A DNA stretch of 64,000 nt. Source: Zootoca vivipara (lineage: Eukaryota). The notes below the pieces were generated by a model. It made no database searches. It was not told the DNA's origin and saw nothing but the letters and a program-made list of their open reading frames with translations. The stretch's first letter is position 1, and each line of letters opens with the position of its first letter. The DNA is taken from positions 9,982,001 to 10,046,000 of the forward strand of contig NC_083277.1 in NCBI RefSeq assembly GCF_963506605.1, in the 5' to 3' direction. The position numbers and the translations under genes were made by a program. Of the stretch, positions 62,978 to 64,000 are shown one piece after another.

Positions 62978-63657
62978 GGTTCTTTTTTATATATACACAT
63001 CCAGGAGCACTTGAAACTGAGGGACATCGCCTTCAGCAGGAAAGCCCAGAACAACTGGAGCTAAGGGAGGCACTGTTGAGAAGAGGCAAGGTTTTGCATC
63101 ATGGCAAAGAGGGAGTGAGGCCTGCGGGTCAGCAGGGGATCAGGCCAGAGAGGAACGTGGATGGAGATCCTACCAGTAAAGGAGGCGACTTGGGGTGGGA
63201 AGAGGGCAACGGTCACCAGAGGCTCCACCACTGCCATTGTGGAAGGAGCTTCAAGCACCGCTGCAACCTGAAAGCCCACGAGCGGACCCACACCGGAGAA
63301 AGGCCCCACAAGTGTTTGGACTGTGGGAGGAGCTTCGGCAAGGGTTCCACGCTCCGGGCTCACGTGAGGACTCACACCGGGGAGAAGCCGTACATGTGCT
63401 CCACCTGCGGGAAAAGGTTCACGACCAGGTCGGGCCTCCTGACCCACGAGAGAATCCACACGGGGGAGAGGCCCTATAAGTGTTCGGACTGCGGGAGGAG
63501 CTTCATCCAGAAGTCCTGCCTCCTGGCCCACGAGATAAGCCACAAAGGAGAGAAGTCGTACAGCTGCTCTGATTGCGGGAAGAACTTCGGGCACAGCTCA
63601 GGCCTTCGCGTGCATCGGAGAATCCACTTGGGAGGGAGAACCACGGAGAAACTCTGA
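58988..63657 (+). CDS. Second extended-SCAN C2H2 zinc-finger protein, with two ZNF-type 3' exons
   Basis: Exons 58988-59788, 60422-60524, 60758-61255 (or read-through to the stop at 61275) and 63005-63657 (5 fingers), all phase-compatible. AATAAA at 63856-63861. Confidence 0.8.
62330..62976 (+). mobile_element. L2 LINE 3' fragment with (ATT)n tail
   Basis: [21 protein letters not shown]...[22 protein letters not shown]. Confidence 0.9.
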
Positions 63658-64000
63658 CTGCGGTTGAACAAATGGCCAGACAAACCATGGGTAAAGCAAA
63701 CAACGGCTGAGTGGTAAATGTGCTAATGTGGTGTCTCTTCGGAGCTACACATTTGTGTTGTTAAGGCAAAGGAGTCTTTCAGATATCAATATGTGATGGG
63801 TGGGGACTGAGATCTGTTGAACCCGATTTTACACCCCCCCCCCCGGTTTCTCCCAAATAAAACCTTGTAGTTCTTATTTCAGCAGTAAACTGGTGTCTTC
63901 AGCTGTGCCATTTCTGACGGTAGTTGGGAGCTCAATATGTTCAAATACTTCACTATTAAAAAGAAGCAAACCCTGCCTCTAGAAAGCTAGTGTGCCAATG

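Noticed and set aside
62845-63004. Poly-Leu signal/TM N-terminus on the ZNF ORF (likewise ORF 5378-5686)
   Set aside because: It is translation of an (ATT)n tail or microsatellite; the ZNF exon starts at the acceptor at 63005.

Overview
This is eukaryotic (vertebrate) DNA, most likely from a squamate and probably a lacertid lizard, judging from the Sauria/Squam SINEs, BovB, CR1, L2, L1 and Penelope-like elements. Genes are intron-containing, so the ORF track shows only exon fragments. The window resembles an extended-MHC-type gene neighbourhood. It holds, in order: (1) two tandem RING-Bbox-coiled-coil-PRY/SPRY TRIM paralogs on +, one 5'-truncated by the window edge and one complete (about 494 aa); (2) a decayed C2H2-ZNF pseudogene; (3) a ~6 kb tRNA cluster (Phe, Met, Glu, Val, Asn plus odd variants and pseudogenes); (4) three SCAN-C2H2 zinc-finger genes, two of which keep an extended Gypsy/Gmr1-like capsid region ahead of SCAN; and (5) an intact two-exon PIF/Harbinger transposase-derived gene (about 422 aa) head-to-head with a SCAN-ZNF gene across a CpG island with a strong CTCF motif. 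The most notable items are the apparently domesticated Harbinger nuclease, minimal hammerhead ribozyme motifs in Penelope-like fragments (one set in a ~200 bp-arm inverted repeat), a tRNA-Ser missing exactly its 7-nt anticodon loop placed 19 nt behind tRNA-Asn, an initiator-tRNA body with a CCT anticodon, and a splice donor formed inside a ZNF TGEK linker. Exon boundaries were read by eye from splice signals and reading-frame continuity; no database searches were run.
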